A program made the translations under genes and the position numbers. DNA of 64,000 nucleotides from Candidatus Lustribacter sp. GTDB lineage: Bacteria; Vulcanimicrobiota; Vulcanimicrobiia; Vulcanimicrobiales; Vulcanimicrobiaceae. The stretch is from contig OZ255842.1 in NCBI GenBank assembly GCA_965277805.1, positions 4,160,001 to 4,224,000 on the forward strand, given 5' to 3'. This document shows, in pieces, positions 44,747-54,913 of this stretch (within the stretch, counting starts at the first letter, position 1; every line of letters starts with the position of its first letter). The notes beneath the pieces were generated by a model. It saw only the letters and a list, made by a program, of their open reading frames with translations, made no database searches and was not told the DNA's origin.

Positions 44747-47485
44747 CTAGGCCGCGTCCGCGCTCCGCGGGGCCGTCAGCAGCCCGCGCAGTTCTTCGAT
44801 CGGTACCGACTTCGAATACAGGAACCCCTGCGCAAGCTCGCAGCCGTGGTCGATCAGCCACGCGGCTTGCTCGACCGTTTCGACGCCCTCGGCCAGCGTG
44901 GTCAACCGGAAGCGGGACGCCATCGCAAGCAGCGTATCGGTGAGCGCAACGTCGGCTTGTTCGTGCGGCAGACCGGTGATGAACGAACGGTCGAGCTTGA
45001 TGATATCGATCGGCAGGCGCTTCAGATACGACAGCGATGAGTAACCCGTGCCGAAGTCGTCGATTGCGATTTTCAGACCGAGGCGGCGAAGGGCTCCGAG
45101 CGCAATGATCGCTCGCTCCGCGTTGAGCATCGCGGTTCCCTCGGTCACTTCGATCCCGAAACGCTCCGCCGCACCCGGGTATTGCGCGATATCTGAGCGC
45201 ACGTTGGAGACGAAGGCCTCCTCTTCGAGACCCGGGGCCGATATGTTGATGTAGCAGCGGAATTTCGGCGGGACCGTTGCCAGGCTCATGATGTCGTGCA
45301 GCGCGCGAGCGAACACCCAGCGTCCGATCTCGATGCTCAAACCGTGCCGCTCGGAAAACGGGATGAATGCATCCGGAGCCAAGCGGCCGCGCGTCGGGTG
45401 ATTCCAGCGGATGAGGGCCTCCGCGCCGTAGATGAGGCCCGTTGCGAGCGACACCGTCGGCTGGTATTCCAAATCGAATTGGTTGCGCGCCAACGCATCC
45501 CGAATCTCGGTGCTGAGATGACGCTGCTGATCGACGATGGTTTCCATCGAACGCGAAAAGAACGTCACGTTCTTGCCGCCCGCGGCTTTCGCCGAGGCCA
45601 GCGCGATGTTGACGCGCTGCATCAATTCTTGTTCAGTACGACCGTCCTCGGGGAACGATGCGGCACCGATGGATGCGCTGATCGACAGACGCCGCGCTTC
45701 TTCGGTGAGACCGGTGGGAAACGACGTCGCGAAGAGGTCGAAGTACTCGCCGAGGCGGGTTTGCATGATCTGACCGGTTTGCCGATTTGCGAGCAGCAAA
45801 CCGAATTCGTCAGCCCCGAGACGGGCCGCGATGTCGTCGTCGGCAACATGTTCGATCTCGCTCGCCACTTCGACCAGCAGTTCGTCGGCGACCAAGCTCC
45901 CGGATTCTTCGTTGACCGCCCGGAAATCGTCGAGGTTGACCGCAGCGACCGCAAACGGATTGCCCAGGTTGATCGCCTTACGGATCGCGACCCGGAATTG
46001 CGATCGCGTGTGCAGGCCGGTGAGCGCGTCGTGCTCGATTTGAAATTTGATCCGCTCGATCTGCACTTCTTGCAGCAGCCGGCCGGCGACGAATGCCGCG
46101 AGGACGTCGACGTAGGTAAAGTCGTCCTCGCTATACGGATCGTCGATGTACTCGTGCATCGAACCGAAGACGATAAAGTAGCGCTTCGCGCCGACGATCA
46201 GCGACGAGCCGATCACGCGTGTCCAACCCAGACCTTCCCACGCCATTCCCGCCACCGGCACTTGCGAGAAATCGGTCCAGGCCACCGACCGGTCGCTACC
46301 GTCGAAGTGCCGCTCGATCGTGTTTTGCAACGGCATGACCGCACCGGGATGAAATATCGCTTCGGCCGCGCGACTGTCTTCAGGCAGCAGCGCGCTCGCA
46401 TACGTCGAGTCCACGACGATCGAGTCGCCGGCCTGGTGGCTGATGTAGCCGAACGTCGAACTGCCCGGGCGAAGCGCGGCGGTTGCGGTGTCGAGCAGCG
46501 CCTGATAGCGCTGCCGATCGTCCCCGATGCCGTGCGCCGCAACGTACCAGAGCCCGTTGAGACGCGCCGCATTCCGCTCCAAAATGCGGCGCGATTCCGC
46601 GATCGATTCGGTCATAGCCATGATCCCGCCGCGCGTGCGTGAGAGCGTACGCAGCGCTCCGACGAGCACGAAGGTCGACGTCATCAAATACAGCGCGCGA
46701 TCGACAAACCAGGTGCCACTATGCTCCGCTGAATGCAGCGGGCTCAAGACGAGCCCCAACGTCATGGAGAGCATCGCCAACGTGAACGCGACATCGATGA
46801 GGGTGCGGTTCGGCAGACGGAACAGCGATCCAAAAGCGAGCAAGGCGACCAAGATATTCAGTGCCGGCGGCGGCGCCGGCCGATCGCCGAGGACGCTCGC
46901 GGCAGTAATGCAGAGCATTACGGCCGCGACGTTCGCGATGATGACGATCGTGACGAAACGTCCGCTCGGCCGGACGAGCCCGACTTCGCGGCGGCGCAAG
47001 ACGACATACACGAGCGCAGAACTCGCGAAGTAGAAGTGCCCGAGCGATGTCAGCCAGGGCAGCGAATTCGGGCCCCGCGCGATCGCATCGGCTCCGTGCG
47101 CGCCCGGGAGCCCGAGCGTGACGATCAGCCCGAAGATCGCCGAGCCCGCGAACGTCAGCGCGAGATAGAACATCGGCCGGCTTACCGTCGGCACGCGAAA
47201 CATGTTCAGCAACACGAGCGCGGTCACCGCATCGATGAATGCCGGTACGAAAAGCACCAAGACGTCGTAGACGGGCGGGATCGGAAAGAGCGCGTTCGAC
47301 AACAGCCCGCCCGCGAAGGTCAACGCGACGAGGGCCGCGATCGTGATCGTCGCCTCGGAAAGTTGCCGCCCGGTCACCGGGATGAGCTTTTCCGCGACGG
47401 CGTCGGCGCCGTTGAGAAACCGGTTCACACAAACTCCGGAAACGCTGCGAGGTGTTCCGGGAATGGCGAAGTCATCGCGGATCAT
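44747..47485 (-). CDS. Membrane sensor (MASE4-like) + GAF-like + GGDEF + EAL c-di-GMP signalling protein (start may be near 47428)
   Basis: 7-8 TM helices; HDALTGL, RLGADEF; YQP, EALIRW, DDFGTGYSSLSYL, EGVE, QGF. Confidence 0.9.
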   Translation of the reverse strand: MIRDDFAIPGTPRSVSGVCVNRFLNGADAVAEKLIPVTGRQLSEATITIAALVALTFAGGLLSNALFPIPPVYDVLVLFVPAFIDAVTALVLLNMFRVPTVSRPMFYLALTFAGSAIFGLIVTLGLPGAHGADAIARGPNSLPWLTSLGHFYFASSALVYVVLRRREVGLVRPSGRFVTIVIIANVAAVMLCITAASVLGDRPAPPPALNILVALLAFGSLFRLPNRTLIDVAFTLAMLSMTLGLVLSPLHSAEHSGTWFVDRALYLMTSTFVLVGALRTLSRTRGGIMAMTESIAESRRILERNAARLNGLWYVAAHGIGDDRQRYQALLDTATAALRPGSSTFGYISHQAGDSIVVDSTYASALLPEDSRAAEAIFHPGAVMPLQNTIERHFDGSDRSVAWTDFSQVPVAGMAWEGLGWTRVIGSSLIVGAKRYFIVFGSMHEYIDDPYSEDDFTYVDVLAAFVAGRLLQEVQIERIKFQIEHDALTGLHTRSQFRVAIRKAINLGNPFAVAAVNLDDFRAVNEESGSLVADELLVEVASEIEHVADDDIAARLGADEFGLLLANRQTGQIMQTRLGEYFDLFATSFPTGLTEEARRLSISASIGAASFPEDGRTEQELMQRVNIALASAKAAGGKNVTFFSRSMETIVDQQRHLSTEIRDALARNQFDLEYQPTVSLATGLIYGAEALIRWNHPTRGRLAPDAFIPFSERHGLSIEIGRWVFARALHDIMSLATVPPKFRCYINISAPGLEEEAFVSNVRSDIAQYPGAAERFGIEVTEGTAMLNAERAIIALGALRRLGLKIAIDDFGTGYSSLSYLKRLPIDIIKLDRSFITGLPHEQADVALTDTLLAMASRFRLTTLAEGVETVEQAAWLIDHGCELAQGFLYSKSVPIEELRGLLTAPRSADAA

Positions 47486-47633
47486 GGCCCGGGCTACCGA
47501 AACCTACCATTTGGTTCCGGCCGCCGATAGGCGTTACCGTACGCAGCAAAGCGAGCACTAAGAAGAGGGGGCGCTTAGCTGAACCGCCGCCCGAGCGCAG
47601 GTAGGAGCGCCCACGGACAGTATACGGGCACCC

Positions 47634-48581
47634 ATGAAACCGCCCTCCCGATCAGCCTTTATCGCCGCGCTTTCAGCGCTCGGCACCGCCGGCGCGCTGC
47701 CGGCGTTCGGACAAACGCAAGCGCCGCTACCAGTGCGCGTGGGAGCCACCGCGAACGACACCTATGCAGAAGCGTACTACGCGCAGGACATGAGCTTTTT
47801 CACCAAGGGCGGGCTCAGCGTCGAACTCACGACCTTCACCAACGGCGCGGCGGTGTCGCAGGCCGTCGCCTCGGGCGCGCTCGACGTCGGCATCTCGAAT
47901 CCGGTCCAGCTCGGAAACGCGATCAGCCACAACATCCCGTTCGTCTTCCTCGCCGGCGCCGGTGCCTACAACACGTCGCTGCCGACGACGGTGTTATGCG
48001 TTGCGAAAGACGGCCCGATTCACACTGCCAAGGATTTCGCCGGTCAAACGATCGCGGTCTCGGCGCTCAAAGATCTCACCGATCTCGCGCAGCAGCAGTA
48101 TCTCGAAAAGAACGGCGTCGATCCGAGTTCGGTGAAAACGATCGAGCTGCCGTTCGCGGAAATGGGACCGGCGCTTGCGCGCGGCACCGTAGCCGGCGCC
48201 GTCATCTCGGAGCCCTCACTCAGCGCATCGGTGCTCTCCGGTCAAACGCGCGTCTTCACCAAAGTCTTCGACGCGATCGCGCCGCACTTTCTGATCAGCG
48301 TGTGGTTCACCACGCGCGACTGGTACGCCAAGAACACCGTGGCCGCGAAACGCTATGCGGCCGTGATGTACCAAACGGCGAACTGGGCCAATGCCAACCG
48401 CGATCAATCGGCTGCGATCTTGGAGAAGTATTCGAAGATCAGCGACACGACGACGAAGCAAATGGCGCGTTCGAGTTACGCGACGACGCTCAATCCGCAA
48501 TTGATCGATCCGGTCTTCGCGCTCGCTTACAAAGCGAAGATCACCGATCGTCTTCTGACTGCGGCATCGGTGAGCGCTTAG
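47634..48581 (+). CDS. SsuA/TauA/NMT1-like ABC substrate-binding protein (Tat-like signal)
   Basis: SRSAFI leader; paralogous to 43810 (AKDF/L, ELPFA, ISEP, WF, KY-KI). Confidence 0.88.
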   Translation: MKPPSRSAFIAALSALGTAGALPAFGQTQAPLPVRVGATANDTYAEAYYAQDMSFFTKGGLSVELTTFTNGAAVSQAVASGALDVGISNPVQLGNAISHNIPFVFLAGAGAYNTSLPTTVLCVAKDGPIHTAKDFAGQTIAVSALKDLTDLAQQQYLEKNGVDPSSVKTIELPFAEMGPALARGTVAGAVISEPSLSASVLSGQTRVFTKVFDAIAPHFLISVWFTTRDWYAKNTVAAKRYAAVMYQTANWANANRDQSAAILEKYSKISDTTTKQMARSSYATTLNPQLIDPVFALAYKAKITDRLLTAASVSA

Positions 48582-49293
48582 CGCGACCGGTGTGGCTGAT
48601 CGCGATGAACAGCCCGATCGCAGCGAACCAGATGATCGCCGATGCCATCGTGCCGCGCGTTCCGGCGAGCGCGATCGGCACGGGTGCGAGCGCTAGCGCG
48701 AGCGCCCACGATTCGGAGCGGAAGGCATTGCGCCACGACGGCGTCACCGCCGCGCCCGGCGCGAATTTCGCCGGCATCAACCGCGGCAAAAACGGCGGCA
48801 CGGCTTTGCAATAGGCCACGTATTGGGCACCGTACTGCTTGAGCAGCTGCTGCTGTTCTTCGCCCGCCAGAATGATGCCGAAAATGATGTTGCCCAGCAC
48901 GATGATCGCGAAGCCGAACGGCGGCGCGTATAAGCCGATGCCGATCGCGAGCAAATCGTTACCGAGATAGAGCGGATTGCGGGTGAAGCTGAACGGGCCC
49001 GCAACGATCAGCCGGTCGCGCTGCACGTCGGCGGCAAAGACCACGTCACCGCGTAAGTACGCGCTGCCGAAATAGCGCGCGAGCCAGCCGAGCAACGCAA
49101 TCTGAATTCCGGCCCAAAACAAACTGTAGACGCCCCACGCGCCCCAGTGCAGGCCCCACGCGACGGCCGCCGGCGCATCGGGCGGGGCACCGAACTGCAG
49201 GTAGCCCAAAAAGAAGCCGCAAGCGTAAATCGCGCCGATCAGCGAGCCTCTGTTACGATACCACCAAGGCGAGGGGGCCGCGTTTACAGACAA
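48578..49293 (-). CDS. Isoprenylcysteine carboxyl methyltransferase/PEMT-family membrane protein
   Basis: LIVAGPFSFTRNPLYLG, EEQQQL, YCKAVPPFLP; start approximate. Confidence 0.82.
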
Positions 49294-49343
49294 TTGACGA
49301 CTTTCTCCAGGGCGTGTGCGATGCGCGCGCAACGTGGTCCTGA

Positions 49344-49646
49344 GTGAACCCAATCGAATCCGGCGACGCGCAAACGGGTGACGCGCGACGGGCCGCCTTC
49401 CAGGCGGGCTGGGACGCGCGCTTGCTGCCGCTCTTGACGCCGCAGTGGCAGTCGTCCAGCGTGATCGCAATGGCGGCCGGTGAAAAGCCGGCCAAAGTGC
49501 TCGAACGGCTCAAAGATATGCTCGACCGCAACTTGGTCGAGCGGCGCGTGGTGAAAGCCGTGCCCTCGAAGCCGACGAAATCGGGCAAACGTCCGCGCAT
49601 CCATACGGCGCGGTTCGAAGCGCACTTCCGCCTTCCTCAACCCTAA
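49344..49646 (+). CDS. Small hypothetical protein, possible winged-helix
   Basis: SSSVIAMAAGEKPAKVLERLKDMLDRNLVERR resembles an HTH-wing pattern. Confidence 0.5.
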   Translation: MNPIESGDAQTGDARRAAFQAGWDARLLPLLTPQWQSSSVIAMAAGEKPAKVLERLKDMLDRNLVERRVVKAVPSKPTKSGKRPRIHTARFEAHFRLPQP

Positions 49647-50314
49647 AGGGTTTCGTGCGGTCGCGCGTTCACCGGTAAGGACGTCGCCGAGCCGAACATC
49701 CGGTCACCCGCATCACCGAGTCCCGGCATGATGTAGCCGTGATCGTTGAGCCGCTCGTCGATCGATGCGGTGACGATGCGCACGTCGGGATGCGCCTTCG
49801 TGATCGTGGCGATGCCTTCAGGCGCGGCGATCAGGCACACGAAGGTAATCGCTTTCGCGCCGCGCGATTCGAGCAGCTTCATCGCAGCCGAGCCCGAGTT
49901 GCCGGTGGCGAGCATCGGATCGAGAACGAACACGTCGCGCTCCGCGAGGTCGCGCGGCATGTTCGCGTAGTACGGCACCGGCTCCAGCGATGCCGGATCG
50001 CGGTAGAAGCCGAGGTGCGCGATCTCGGCGTCGTCGATGCAATTGAGGAAGCCAGGTAAGAGGCCGAGGCCCGCGCGCAGGATCGGTGAGACGACCGGAC
50101 GCCGCGCGATGCGGTAGGCCGGTGCCGGCTCGAGCGGCGTCTGGACGGTGCCGGCGACCGTCCGCAGCGAGCGGGTCGCCTCGTAGGCGAGGAACAGCCC
50201 GATCTCTTCGACCATGCGCCGGAAAATGGGAACCGGGGCGTCACGGTCGCGGAGCCGCGCCAGACGGTCGGCTACGGCGGGATGATCGACGACGAGCACT
50301 TCGTTGCGGGCCAT
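49643..50314 (-). CDS. upp: Uracil phosphoribosyltransferase
   Basis: PILRAG, DPMLATG, YIMPGLGDAGDR. Confidence 0.97.
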   Translation of the reverse strand: MARNEVLVVDHPAVADRLARLRDRDAPVPIFRRMVEEIGLFLAYEATRSLRTVAGTVQTPLEPAPAYRIARRPVVSPILRAGLGLLPGFLNCIDDAEIAHLGFYRDPASLEPVPYYANMPRDLAERDVFVLDPMLATGNSGSAAMKLLESRGAKAITFVCLIAAPEGIATITKAHPDVRIVTASIDERLNDHGYIMPGLGDAGDRMFGSATSLPVNARPHETL

Positions 50315-50323
50315 GCCCGCTCG

Positions 50324-50917
50324 TTACGCCAGATCGTGCGATTCACCGCCCCCTTCGTCGCGGATTTTGGCGGTCAGCACGTGGTCGCGCCACGCGCCGT
50401 CGATGTAGAGGTAGTCGCGCGCGTAACCCTCGACCGTGAACCCGAGCGAACGCAAGAGCCGTCCGCTGCGCTCGTTGCCGGGCTGGTAGTTCGCCTCGAC
50501 CCGGTGCAGACCGATGTTGCGGAACGACCACGTCACGATCGCGCCGACCGCCTCGCTGCCGTAACCGCGGCCCTGGTGCGCGACGTCGACCGAATAGCCC
50601 AGCACGCCGGCTTGAAAGACGCCGTGCACGATGTTGGTGAGGTTCACGCTCGCGATGATTTGACGCGATCCGCGCAGCAGCGCGACGAACCGGTGTGCGC
50701 GCCCGTGATACGCATCGTCCTGCACGGCAGCCGCATACGTCGACCAGTAGCTGCGCGTGAAGAAGTCCGACGAGCGCGCGGGCTCCCAGCGCGCGAGGTG
50801 CTTCTCGTTGCGCTGATGGTATGCGAGTAGCGAGTCGATGTGCTCGGGACCGATCGATTCGATCGTCAACCGCGCCGTCGAGATCGAAACGGACGAGAGA
50901 CCCGCTAACTCGCGCAC
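50324..50917 (-). CDS. RimJ/RimL-family GNAT N-acetyltransferase
   Basis: LGY, QGRGYG, LHRVEA, NERS, GFTVEG, WRDH. Confidence 0.9.
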   Translation of the reverse strand: MRELAGLSSVSISTARLTIESIGPEHIDSLLAYHQRNEKHLARWEPARSSDFFTRSYWSTYAAAVQDDAYHGRAHRFVALLRGSRQIIASVNLTNIVHGVFQAGVLGYSVDVAHQGRGYGSEAVGAIVTWSFRNIGLHRVEANYQPGNERSGRLLRSLGFTVEGYARDYLYIDGAWRDHVLTAKIRDEGGGESHDLA

Positions 50918-50921
50918 CGCT

Positions 50922-52172
50922 TTACGGCACGGCGAACTGAAGGGTTAGTTCTTCAACGCGCCCGCGCAACTCGGTGATACGCCGGCGTGCTTCGATGTCG
51001 TGCAGCGCTTCGCCGATGATCTTTCCGACCTCGCGCGCGTGATTCTCGCCGAACCCGCGCGACGTGATCGCCGGCGATCCGATGCGAATGCCGCTCGTGA
51101 CCATCGGTTTTTGCGTGTCGAATGGGATCGCGTTCTTGTTGACGGTGACCGAAATCTCGTCGAGATACGATTCCACGGCCTTGCCGGTCAGGTTTTTCGG
51201 GCTGAGATCGACCAGCAGCAAGTGCGTGTCGGTCCCGCCGCCGACCAGCCGGGCCCCGGCTCGCTGCAATTCTTCGCCCATCGCCTTCGCGTTGATCAGC
51301 ACTTGCTGCTGATACCCCTTAAACTCCGGTTGCAACGCCTCTTGGAAACCCACCGCTTTGGCCGCGATCGTGTGCATCAGCGGCCCGCCCTGAATGCCGG
51401 GGAAGACGCTCTTGTCGAGCGCGGCGGCGTGCGCTTCGTCGCTGAGCACAAAACCGCCGCGCGGACCGCGCAGCGTCTTATGGGTCGTCGAGGTGACGAA
51501 CTCCGCCAGCGGCACGGGCGAGGGATGCAATCCGACCGCGACGAGCCCAGCGATGTGCGCCATGTCGACCATCAGCACGGCGCCGACCTCGTCCGCGATC
51601 TCGCGGAACGGTTCGTAATCCAGCGTGCGCGGATACGCGCTCGCGCCGGCGATGATCATCTTCGGCTTGTGCTCGCGCGCCAGCGAACGCATCTCATCGT
51701 AATCGATCAGCTCGGTGTCGCGCCGCACGCCGTAGGCGACCGCATTGTAGAGTTTGCCGCTGAAGCTGACCTTGGTGCCGTGCGTGAGGTGGCCGCCGTG
51801 CGCCAGCGACATCCCGAGCACCGTGTCGCCCGGATTGAGGACCGCCATGAACACGGCCATGTTGGCCTGCGCGCCGGCGTGCGGCTGGACGTTGGCATGC
51901 TTCGCGCCGAAGAGCTTCTTCACGCGGTCGATCGCCAGTGTCTCGGCGACGTCGACGAACTCGCAACCGCCGTAGTAGCGGCGGCCCGGATAGCCTTCGG
52001 CATATTTATTGGTGAGTACCGAGCCCATCGCTTCGCGCACCGCGGCGCTGGCGTAATTTTCGGAAGCGATCAGTTCGAGATTCTCGTGCTGACGGCGATC
52101 CTCGTTTTCGATAGCCATGAAGATCTCGTGATCGACATGGGCCAGCGTCGTCTGCGGTGTGAGAACGTCCAT
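50922..52172 (-). CDS. glyA: Serine hydroxymethyltransferase
   Basis: [35 protein letters not shown]. Confidence 0.98.
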   Translation of the reverse strand: MDVLTPQTTLAHVDHEIFMAIENEDRRQHENLELIASENYASAAVREAMGSVLTNKYAEGYPGRRYYGGCEFVDVAETLAIDRVKKLFGAKHANVQPHAGAQANMAVFMAVLNPGDTVLGMSLAHGGHLTHGTKVSFSGKLYNAVAYGVRRDTELIDYDEMRSLAREHKPKMIIAGASAYPRTLDYEPFREIADEVGAVLMVDMAHIAGLVAVGLHPSPVPLAEFVTSTTHKTLRGPRGGFVLSDEAHAAALDKSVFPGIQGGPLMHTIAAKAVGFQEALQPEFKGYQQQVLINAKAMGEELQRAGARLVGGGTDTHLLLVDLSPKNLTGKAVESYLDEISVTVNKNAIPFDTQKPMVTSGIRIGSPAITSRGFGENHAREVGKIIGEALHDIEARRRITELRGRVEELTLQFAVP

Positions 52173-52176
52173 ACGG

Positions 52177-52389
52177 TTATTGGTTTCCTCGATCCAACGG
52201 GTCGTTTCGGCGCACCATCGTGGTCGCCGAGTAGTCCGGCTTCGCCGGGGGCAGCGGTTTCGACTTGCCGAAGCGGAGGATTTGCACCACAATGAGCAAT
52301 CCGAACGTCGCAAGCAGACCGATCCAGAACCACGGCCCTGTCCAGCGCGGCTGGGTGTGGTCGAACAAAAACTCGGCCAGCGCAATCAC
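52177..52389 (-). CDS. Small membrane hypothetical protein
   Basis: One TM helix; ends 4 nt before the glyA start. Confidence 0.55.
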   Translation of the reverse strand: MIALAEFLFDHTQPRWTGPWFWIGLLATFGLLIVVQILRFGKSKPLPPAKPDYSATTMVRRNDPLDRGNQ

Positions 52390-52448
52390 GACGGCGGTTA
52401 GTGGAATGATCGAGGCGAGCGTTTGACGGTCGATGTGGGGCTCCCGGA

Positions 52449-53177
52449 GTGAAAATCGCGGTGACGAGTTCGTCGTTTGCGGCGTTGCTCCGACGGGGTT
52501 CGTTGACCCACCTGGAGTGGATGGAACTCTGCGCGTCGCGGCTCGACGCGGACGGGGTTGTCTTCGCGCAGGCGGACTTCCCGCGCACCGACGGCGAGTA
52601 CGCCGCCCAGGTCAAGAAGGTCGCGGTCGACCTCGGCATCGTGCCGCTTGCGCTCGAAGTGCCCGGCTTGCTCGACCCCGACGTCCCCGACGAGGACCGG
52701 CCCGCGGCCGTTGCGCTGGCGACCGGGACCGGCGCAGCCTTGATCCGGGTGACGGCCGGTCCGCCCGGCGTTCTGCCGCCCGAAACGTTTGCGCGGATGG
52801 TCGCAGCGACCAAGGCGTTCGTGTCGGCCGCGAAAGCCGCCAACGTCACGCTGACGGTGGCCCCGGCAGCCGGCAGCCTGTTACCGGGTCTGGCCGAGGT
52901 GCAGAACTTTAGCAAGTACGTCGACAGCGCTTGGCTGCGTTACGATCTGCCGGCAACGAGTCCCGATCGCGCGCAGCTCGGCGCGCGCGATCGCGTACTG
53001 ATCGAGAGCTTCCGCTTGGATGAGGATCCGCAGCTGCTTGCTCCGCCGTCACGCCGCGGCTGGCTCGTGCTCGAGGGAGATGGCGGCGCCGATCCCTTCG
53101 GCCGCGTTATCGGCGTGCTCGGCGCGCTTCGAAGTTTAGGACAACGACCACAGATGCCGTCTGTCGTACCCGGTTAA
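52449..53177 (+). CDS. Xylose-isomerase-like TIM-barrel protein, divergent
   Basis: MKIAVTSSSF...LDADGV...ALIRV pattern of the AP-endonuclease-2/IolE superfamily. Confidence 0.6.
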   Translation: MKIAVTSSSFAALLRRGSLTHLEWMELCASRLDADGVVFAQADFPRTDGEYAAQVKKVAVDLGIVPLALEVPGLLDPDVPDEDRPAAVALATGTGAALIRVTAGPPGVLPPETFARMVAATKAFVSAAKAANVTLTVAPAAGSLLPGLAEVQNFSKYVDSAWLRYDLPATSPDRAQLGARDRVLIESFRLDEDPQLLAPPSRRGWLVLEGDGGADPFGRVIGVLGALRSLGQRPQMPSVVPG

Positions 53178-53327
53178 GACCTGCGTTCAGCAGGTGGGTG
53201 CGGCCCGGGCGCTCAGGAAACGTCACTAAGAGGACGTCCACACCGATCGTATCCGGAGCTGATGCTCCCTTGGTATTAACGTTGGTCCAACACCAGAGTA
53301 CCTGCGCGAACATCCGCAGTCATTGTC
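53140..53327 (-). ncRNA. ssrS: 6S RNA (188 nt)
   Basis: 17-bp terminal stem GACAATGACTGCGGATG / CATCTGTGGTCGTTGTC; blocks resembling Firmicute 6S-1 RNA: GTTGGACC, GGGAGC, GCACCCACCTGCTGAA-CGCAGGT, ACGGCA; extended -10 TG-A-GACAAT 8 nt upstream. Confidence 0.85.
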
Positions 53328-53425
53328 GCCACCGCATTGTCTCACCAGCGTCAAGGGGCTTGACAGAATTACGAATATCGCTTCGTTGACACTTGCCTGC
53401 CCTCTCAACGTTACTCGTACGTGAG

Positions 53426-54862
53426 TCAGCGCACGACGCGCAACGCGTCGCCGTAGATCGCGAGCGCGCGCGCACGCGCCGCCGCGTGGTCGACGATGGG
53501 CTCCGGATAATCGATGCCGATCCGGCAGCCCGCTTCGGCGGCGATCAGGGGCGGCATCGACCACGGCTCGTGCACGTAGCGTGTCGGAACGCGCGCGAGA
53601 ACCGGCAGTTGCGCGCGCACGAACGCCCCGTCGGGATCGAACGTCTTCCCCTGCAGCGTCGGATTGAAGACGCGGAAGTACGGCGCGGCATCGGTCCCGG
53701 TCGACGCCGACCACTGCCAGCCGCCGTTGTTCGCGGCGAGATCGGCGTCGGCCAGGTGTTGCTCGAAGAAGCGCTCGCCGCGGCGGTAATCGATCAACAG
53801 ATGCTTGGTAAGGAACGATGCCACGATCATGCGCAAACGATTGTGCATCCATCCCGTCGCCGTGAGTTGCACCATCGCGGCGTCGACGATCGGATAGCCC
53901 GTCGTGCCGGTCGTCCAGGCTGCCCACGCGCGCTCGTCGTCGCGATACGCGATCGTCTTGGCAGCTTCGAGGAACGGTTCGGTCGCGACGCGCGGCGCAT
54001 GCACCAGCAATTGGTGGTAAAAGTCGCGCCAGGCAAGCTCGCCGAGCCACGCGCCGGCTCCGTCGGCCTCACGCGCGGCCGCGACGCACGCGCGAATTCC
54101 GATCGTGCCCGCGCGCAGGTGCGGCGAGAGCCGCGAGGTGCCGTCGCGCGCCGGGAAATTGCGCGCATCGGTGTAGTCCCGGATCGGCCCGTCCACGAAT
54201 GCGCGCAGCAACGCCGTCGCCTCCGTACTTCCGCCGCGCGGATACCGCAAGGACGACGCGTGGCCGTAGTCCTCCGGTCGCGGCACGTCCGCCGTCGTGC
54301 CGATCGCGCTAGCCGGCGCGAGACGTTTGCGCGCCAGCCGCAGCGACGGCAGCGGCGGATACGCCTGCGCGTTTACGAGGACGTTCCAGCGGCGCCTATA
54401 CGGCGTATAAACGCGATAGAATCCGCCCCCTTCGGTGAGCACCTCGCGAGGCGCAGCGTAGGTAAGATCGTCGAACGCGGACACGCACAGGTTCGCCGCT
54501 TCGAGTTCGCGCGTGACGGCGGCGTCGCGAGCGCACATCGCCGGGTCGGTATCGGCATTGTAGAACACGGCTTGCGCGGGCAAACGTGCGGCGAGACGCC
54601 CGAGTTCCGCGCCGAACGCGCCTTCGAGCACGGCGAGATCGGAGCCTAGATCCCGGAGTTGTGCGCGCAACGTGGCCAGCGACTCGAAGAAAAACTGCAC
54701 GATCGGAGCACCTAAGCGGTCGCTGCGCAGCAGCGCCGGGTCGAGCACGAACGCGCACGTCACGCGCTCGCACTGCCGTGCCGCTGCGGCCAGCGCGGTG
54801 TGATCGTCGAGCCGCAGGTCGCGGCGCATCCAGACGATGCCGTGCTCGAAACGTGGGCTCAC
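53426..54862 (-). CDS. phrB: Deoxyribodipyrimidine photolyase (class I CPD)
   Basis: RRDLRLDD, TSRLSPHL, WRDFY, GWMHNRLRM, NNGGWQW, FRVFNP. Confidence 0.95.
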   Translation of the reverse strand: MSPRFEHGIVWMRRDLRLDDHTALAAAARQCERVTCAFVLDPALLRSDRLGAPIVQFFFESLATLRAQLRDLGSDLAVLEGAFGAELGRLAARLPAQAVFYNADTDPAMCARDAAVTRELEAANLCVSAFDDLTYAAPREVLTEGGGFYRVYTPYRRRWNVLVNAQAYPPLPSLRLARKRLAPASAIGTTADVPRPEDYGHASSLRYPRGGSTEATALLRAFVDGPIRDYTDARNFPARDGTSRLSPHLRAGTIGIRACVAAAREADGAGAWLGELAWRDFYHQLLVHAPRVATEPFLEAAKTIAYRDDERAWAAWTTGTTGYPIVDAAMVQLTATGWMHNRLRMIVASFLTKHLLIDYRRGERFFEQHLADADLAANNGGWQWSASTGTDAAPYFRVFNPTLQGKTFDPDGAFVRAQLPVLARVPTRYVHEPWSMPPLIAAEAGCRIGIDYPEPIVDHAAARARALAIYGDALRVVR

Positions 54863-54913
54863 ACGGGTGGCGTTCGGCGGGAGCGCTGCGCTGCCCGCCG
54901 GAATCTTCCGCGA

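Noticed and set aside
53360-53391. Two plus-strand TTGACA hexamers as a promoter antisense to phrB
   Set aside because: No plausible -10 element at the expected spacing.
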